Assembly (NCBI RefSeq): GCF_009914755.1
Contig: NC_060936.1
Reading direction: 5' to 3' (one strand)
DNA length: 64,000 nt
Origin: the human T2T-CHM13v2.0 reference genome, Homo sapiens
The notes beneath the pieces were generated by a model. The model searched no databases. It was not told where the DNA came from and saw nothing but the letters and a program-made list of their open reading frames with translations. A program made the position numbers and the translations under genes. Shown in pieces: positions 57,504 to 64,000 of the stretch; within the stretch, counting starts at the first letter, position 1; the number at the start of each line of letters is the position of its first letter.

Positions 57504-60500
57504 ATCCGTTTATTGATACACATGAAAGCAGGGACTTTTGCCTCATTTACTGCTTCATCTCTAGCCCCTCGGCTAGTGCTTTCCAAGTGAGAACGTAACA
57601 ATTATGGAATGAATGAATCCGTGAGTAAATGAACAGACTGTGTCTCCCACTCCCCGCATCTGCTCCTCCTCACATGTTCACTGAGTGGCACCACCATTCA
57701 CCCCGTTGAAAGGTCTGAAAACCGAGACATTCATTTGATCCAAACTTCTCTCCCCCTCTCATCGCAATCAGCACTCAAAATGCTCCTGCTTCTTTAATAG
57801 ATCATGATTTTATCCACGCTTTACCGCTCCTCAGCCAACAACCCAGCCAAGGTTGCCATTTCACTGGGACCACTACAACAGCCTCCTAACTGGTCTCCCT
57901 AAAGCCCCCAAAAGATCTTCTCCAAAAGCAGACGATGATTTTCCTGGAACTCAGTTCTCATCACAGCACTCTCCTCCTCCAAACAGTTCAATGGTTCTTC
58001 AGTGTGCTCGGGACAAAGTCTAACCTCTTAATAGAGTCTGCAAGGTCCAATGTGATCAAGGGCACGCTCACCTCCCAGACCATTTTCCCTGATAATCTAT
58101 GCTGACAATTACTCAAGGAGATGGGTCTTGAGATCATCTCCATTTTACAGATGACAAGACAGAGGTTCAGAGAGACTAAGTTCCTTGCCCAGAGCAGCAG
58201 AGCTAATGGGATTCAAATCCATATCTGGTCGAGTTCCTACCCACTATGTTTTACTGTCTTTCTTAAGTGGGAAATAGCAGCCCGGTCACTTCCTGAAAAT
58301 TCTGGTTAGTTGAGATATTGGTTCCCTGAACCTGGAATAAGTATTTGGACCATGAAAGATCCCAGAGGCCTTGATTTAGGCTCAGGTATAAGAAATAGAG
58401 CCCCTGAGAGCCCGGCTGGGGATGTCCCTCCTTGAGGATGGGTGGAGAGAGGGCAGGATGATCCTCTCCGTCCCATAGCTGAGCCCTGACTCCCTTCTGT
58501 TGGCGGCACCTGCAGCAGAGAGGAGCTCCCATTGAGCTTGCGGGGCCCCCACCCCTGCCCTAGCTCCAAGTGGCTTTCACATTAATAACATGTAAGGATC
58601 CTCTGCTCGATGTGTGATAGCTCCTTCCAGGCAGTCGTCACTCTCCCAAATGTCAGCGTGTTCCTGGTGTCATTTGTTCTGCTGAGAAAGTTTGGAAGGG
58701 CTGAAGAAGGTTTCAGAGAGAGAAGCCCAGCAAGAAGGTGGGGGAAGAGGTGGTCCAGTGACCTGAAGTTCAGCTGTGTTCTGCCGGTAGATCTGGGTTT
58801 GGAAGGCCAGTGCTCTGGCTGGGCATACACCAGGGGTCAGGTGGCACAGGCTCCCTGGGCTGCTGAAGGTACAGGCTTTGCAGCCAGTAATCCCGGATCT
58901 GACCCTGGGCCTTAGGTTGTTCAACCGTAAAATGTGGTTAACAATAGGACTTCTACCTCCAAGGATTGTTATGACGATTAAAAGAGGCACAACATATAGG
59001 GCATTTAGCAGAGCTTGGGATGTGATAGTTCTCAAATAATGATGGGTATCATTACTGTCATTTTGTTGTTGTTATTCACAACAACAGAATCACATAGTGG
59101 TTAAGAACAGACCCTGGAGCCGGATTGCCTAGACACAGCTACTTGCCACTTAGTAACTGTGTGACCTTGGGCAAGTTATTTAACCATTCTGTGCCTTGAT
59201 GTTGTCATCTGTGAATGGGGATAATAATACCTACCTTAGAGCAATTCAGGTGAGAATTAAATAATTTGATATATGCAAAGCACTTACAATTGGTACTAAA
59301 TGTTAAATATGCACTTATTATTATTATTACTACTGCTATCATTATTATTTGCAGAGGTGGTCAGGGAAGGCAATTCCTGGAAAGAATTTTGGAGAAAATA
59401 ATAGAAGAAAGCCAGAGCTCCAATAAGTAAGTGTTACTTTCCCAGGATTGTGAGGGCATAGGCTCATTTAGGGAGGGACCCAGTGCAGGCTGTTTGTTTT
59501 ATTTTGTTTATTTATTCATTCTTGCTGGGGTGTGTGGCAGAGAAAAGAGGCCTGGGCTTAAAGTTCAGACAGACCTGGGTTCAGAATCCATAAGCTGGTG
59601 GCCTCAGGCAGGTCACCTCATGTCTTTTGCCTCAGTTTCCTCATCTGTAAAAAGGGAATAATGATAGTATAAAACCTCTAGGGGGCTGTGATGAAAATTA
59701 AAAAGAGCACGCTTGGGAAACCTTGGTGCCCGGCACCTTCTATGGACTGCAGAAATTAGTTAATATGTTGATGTTGTTACTGCATGTAGAGTCTACCCAG
59801 TGGGAGTTGGCAATTCAGACCCAGGGTTGCTGATACGACATCATCTACTCATCCAAGATATGCTGGGCTTCTACAGTGCAGCAGGCTCCCTCTAGGCGCT
59901 GGGGATGCTACTGTGAACAGGACTCCCAAGGGTCCTGCTTTCATGGAGCCGAGTATGCTGGGAATTCCATTAGTGTCATTGTAGGGGGGGTCTGAGAAAC
60001 AAAAGAAATAAAAAGGCATGAGCATGCTTACTTCCTATTTTCTGGAGGATGTGCTGGGATCCAGAGCCACCCAAAAGAACTAACTCTGAGATGGGTCTTC
60101 AGACCCTGGGGAGGGGCTGGGGGCTGGGAATCCCCTAGGGGAGGGTGGGAACTTTTGTTTCTTACTACATTGAAAAGAAAAGGCACAGAATCTGGCAGCT
60201 ATGTCTTTGTCCTACTTGGTCCCAGCACTACCTGTGTGGCTTCAGACTACTCTGTCCCCACCAGCTGGTCCCCAGTTTCAGGCATGCAGGGTGATCTCAC
60301 CTACCTCCTGGGCTGTTTTGAGAATTAATGGTGGTACGCCCCGTACGAAAGCTCTATGAGGATGGCAGCCAAGAGAAACGTGGCTCTGGTTCCCAGGATC
60401 TAACATCCTTCCCCTGTACCACAGTCCCCTCTAAGGTCTCTTCTTCCCTGGCGGAACCAGCTTGGAGGCCCCTTCTTCTCCCGGGCCTCCCCTGAGCCTG

Positions 60501-61005
60501 GCGTCATATTTTCACCTGATTGGTGACAGCCCATGGGGTTTAGTGACCACTTTCCTCATGTGTTAGCTAACTCCTCACCAGGTGGCCGAGTTAGCAGGAG
60601 CAGCTGCCTCCCTCCTCAGCTTCCTGAAATGAAGGGCTGACCAGATCCAGAAATGCAATGAGAGCCCAAGGGGGAACAGGACACCAGGCAGTGTGGAAGG
60701 CTCGCTGGGCAAGGCTGGGCCAATATTGTCCCATAGTGGTTATTACCGTGCACTGCCAAGTGCGCCCTGGCTTGGATTCCAATCCTTGGTCAGCTGTGTG
60801 GTCCAGGGCAGGTGGCTTGACCTCTCTGAACCACAAGGATTCCATGAGGTCATGGATAAAACTGTTGACCACAGGGCCGGGTACATGGTTAGTGTTCAAT
60901 AAATGTGAGCCATGACTTTGACTTCAGAGGCAGTGTAGCAGATGAGACAAGAACCAAACTGCCCGGGGTTCAAATCCCAGCTCTGCCACTGACATAGGCA
61001 TGTCA

Positions 61006-61365
<360 letters not shown>

Positions 61366-61719
61366 TTAAAAACATCCTTCCTAATAGGATTGTGGGGAGA
61401 AGTAAAAGAGTTTAGGAACATACATTTAAAGTGCTCAGAACAGAAGCTGGCACGGGGCAAGTGCCCCGTAAATGCCAGTGATTGTTATTTCTATTTTCTA
61501 CCTTTGCATCCTCCCTTTCGTCCCCCTCATCCTTGAAATGAGAAGGTGGATTAGGTCATCACAGCTCGGTTCCCTGCTCCTTCGCCAGGCTTCCCCTCCT
61601 TCCAGGTCCCCTGGTCCCAACTGAGCCTCATTTGAGGCAGAGGGGTCCTCTGGAGGTTTGGGGATGGCCTGGGAAGGGAAAAGGAGGGGAGTTTCTTCCT
61701 GAACATACCCACCAGCAGA

Positions 61720-62010
61720 CTCGGCGATAAACAAACACAGACCTATCGGCGCATAAACACAGACTCACTCCTGCACCCACTCAAATCCGCACACAAACTC
61801 ATTCCACTCTGTCCCACCCACTCAGAAACCTCACCCCAGCCCCTGCCCAGGTCCCAGGCAGGGCCAGGTTTCTCCGGTGCGTCATGCGGCTTGCAGTGAT
61901 TCTCCCCACAACTGGTTTCCAACTCAGCCAGCCCCGCCCAGCTGTAATTACAGAGAGAGCTGAAGCTTCTGTGCCCAGCCATGACGTCAGCCCGAAGCTT
62001 CCAGCCTGAT
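61720..62010. promoter_or_regulatory. candidate enhancer (FOX, GC box, E-box, CRE and HSE-like motifs), upstream of HSPB8
   Basis: TGACGTCA 61982-61989, GAAnnTTC at 61962 and 61994, CCCCGCCC 61932, CAGCTG 61939, ATAAACAAAC ~61727; locally CpG-retaining. Confidence 0.45.
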
Positions 62011-63029
62011 GAGCTCACCCTACATCCAGTGGGGGCCCAGTCACTCGGGACATGTCATGCCGTGGGGTCCCCACCATTCTTTCTCAGCTGGGGAGGAGGG
62101 CAGGGGTCTCTGTCTGTCGGTTAAGCACAGATCCGGGATTCAGAACAACCCAGGTTCCCACCCAGGCTCTGCCACTCCATATCTGTGTGCAAGGGTCAAA
62201 CCTCTGTGCCTCTGTTTTTTCACCTGCAAAATGGGGGTGATGATAATAGTGACGTTTAACTATCGAGTCAGGATTTAACTCAGTAATGTCTGAAATGTAC
62301 TAACTCTAAAAGCAGACGCACAGGAGGCAATGGGCGACAGTGATTGTTTTTCTCCGTATTATTATTTTTAGCAAACTGCCTCATGCACTCACTGTTTAAT
62401 ATCAAAACAATTTCTCAACCTATGACTCACTGAATTCCTTAATATCCTCAGTTTACCCTCATCTCGTGAAGAAGGCAGGGCTGAGACCCGAAAGCCCACA
62501 CAGGGAAAACGACATGCCTAAAATTTTCTGCCTGTTGCGGACAGATCAAAGATTAGAACCCAAGCCGAAGAGGCCTCCAAGCCAAAGGAGGATTTGTAAA
62601 TTCATTCTTCCAGCTGCATGGGAAGAGCAGGAAAGTCTAGATTTGGGGCTTTGAGTTTCAGACCAGACCTCCTGCCTGAGTGTAACATCTTTCAATAATT
62701 ATCAGTATTAACAGTCATAATAATAATAGAAGCTACTATTCATGAACACTTCTATGGTAGTTTTCTCATCTGTAAAATGGGATAATACTGGTACTCTTAC
62801 CTCACAGGATTGCTGGTGAGGGTTAAATGAATTCATATTTATAAAGCCCATAGAGCAGGGCCTGGCATATAGCAAACATTATGTAATTGATAACTCAAAA
62901 TTGAAAATACAAGGAGAAAGAGAATTACCTCATGTATTCTTCATGGTACATCTGTGAGTTGGCTACTGTTATGTCCGTTTATAAGGAGGAAAACTAACAA
63001 CCTGGAGGTGCCTGGGAATAATGTTACTG

Positions 63030-63830
<801 letters not shown>

Positions 63831-64000
63831 TATATACACATTAAAAAAAATTTTTTTTTCCTTTACCAATCTCCCCAGAGGGCATTGAGGCTCTAGGAGC
63901 TTGGCCATCTTGTAAGTGGGGATTGCAACCCAGGGCCATCCTTCAAATCCACTGGGCTCCTGTCTCTCTCTTCCCTTTCTGCAGGTCCCCAGGGGAAAGG

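Noticed and set aside
63900-64000. HSPB8 coding sequence
   Set aside because: No HSPB8 peptide is visible; the gene is only inferred from recalled gene order to start beyond the window

Overview
Human (primate) genomic DNA on the + strand. It carries the 3' part of SRRM4 (nSR100, the neuronal microexon splicing activator): ten GT-AG coding exons, probably exons 4-13, that join into one open Ser/Arg-rich frame ending at TAA 42229-42231. A 3' UTR of about 6.2 kb follows, then repeat-rich intergenic DNA that, from recalled gene order, leads to HSPB8 just beyond the window. Introns contain Alu, L1, MIR, LTR and simple repeats. Almost all of the supplied ORFs are repeat-derived or shadow frames. 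There is no prokaryotic system, CRISPR array or RNA gene. The most interesting signal is a hidden splicing-control module at the end of the 14.5 kb intron. It has a 16-nt frameshifting poison microexon (29972-29987), a U-rich, repeat-free spacer with RBFOX motifs, and a candidate 12-nt in-frame microexon or 90-nt exon extension (from 30724). Together these suggest SRRM4 autoregulation through its own microexons. Other leads are a 27-nt coding microexon with a ~190-nt AG-free zone, a 64-bp direct duplication bracketing two exons, a promoter-like intron upstream of an in-frame Met just before the eMIC domain, closely spaced inverted Alus, a MER41B with an intact STAT1 GAS site, and a CRE/HSE motif cluster upstream of HSPB8. 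Exon numbering and repeat subfamily names are from recall and were not checked against a database.
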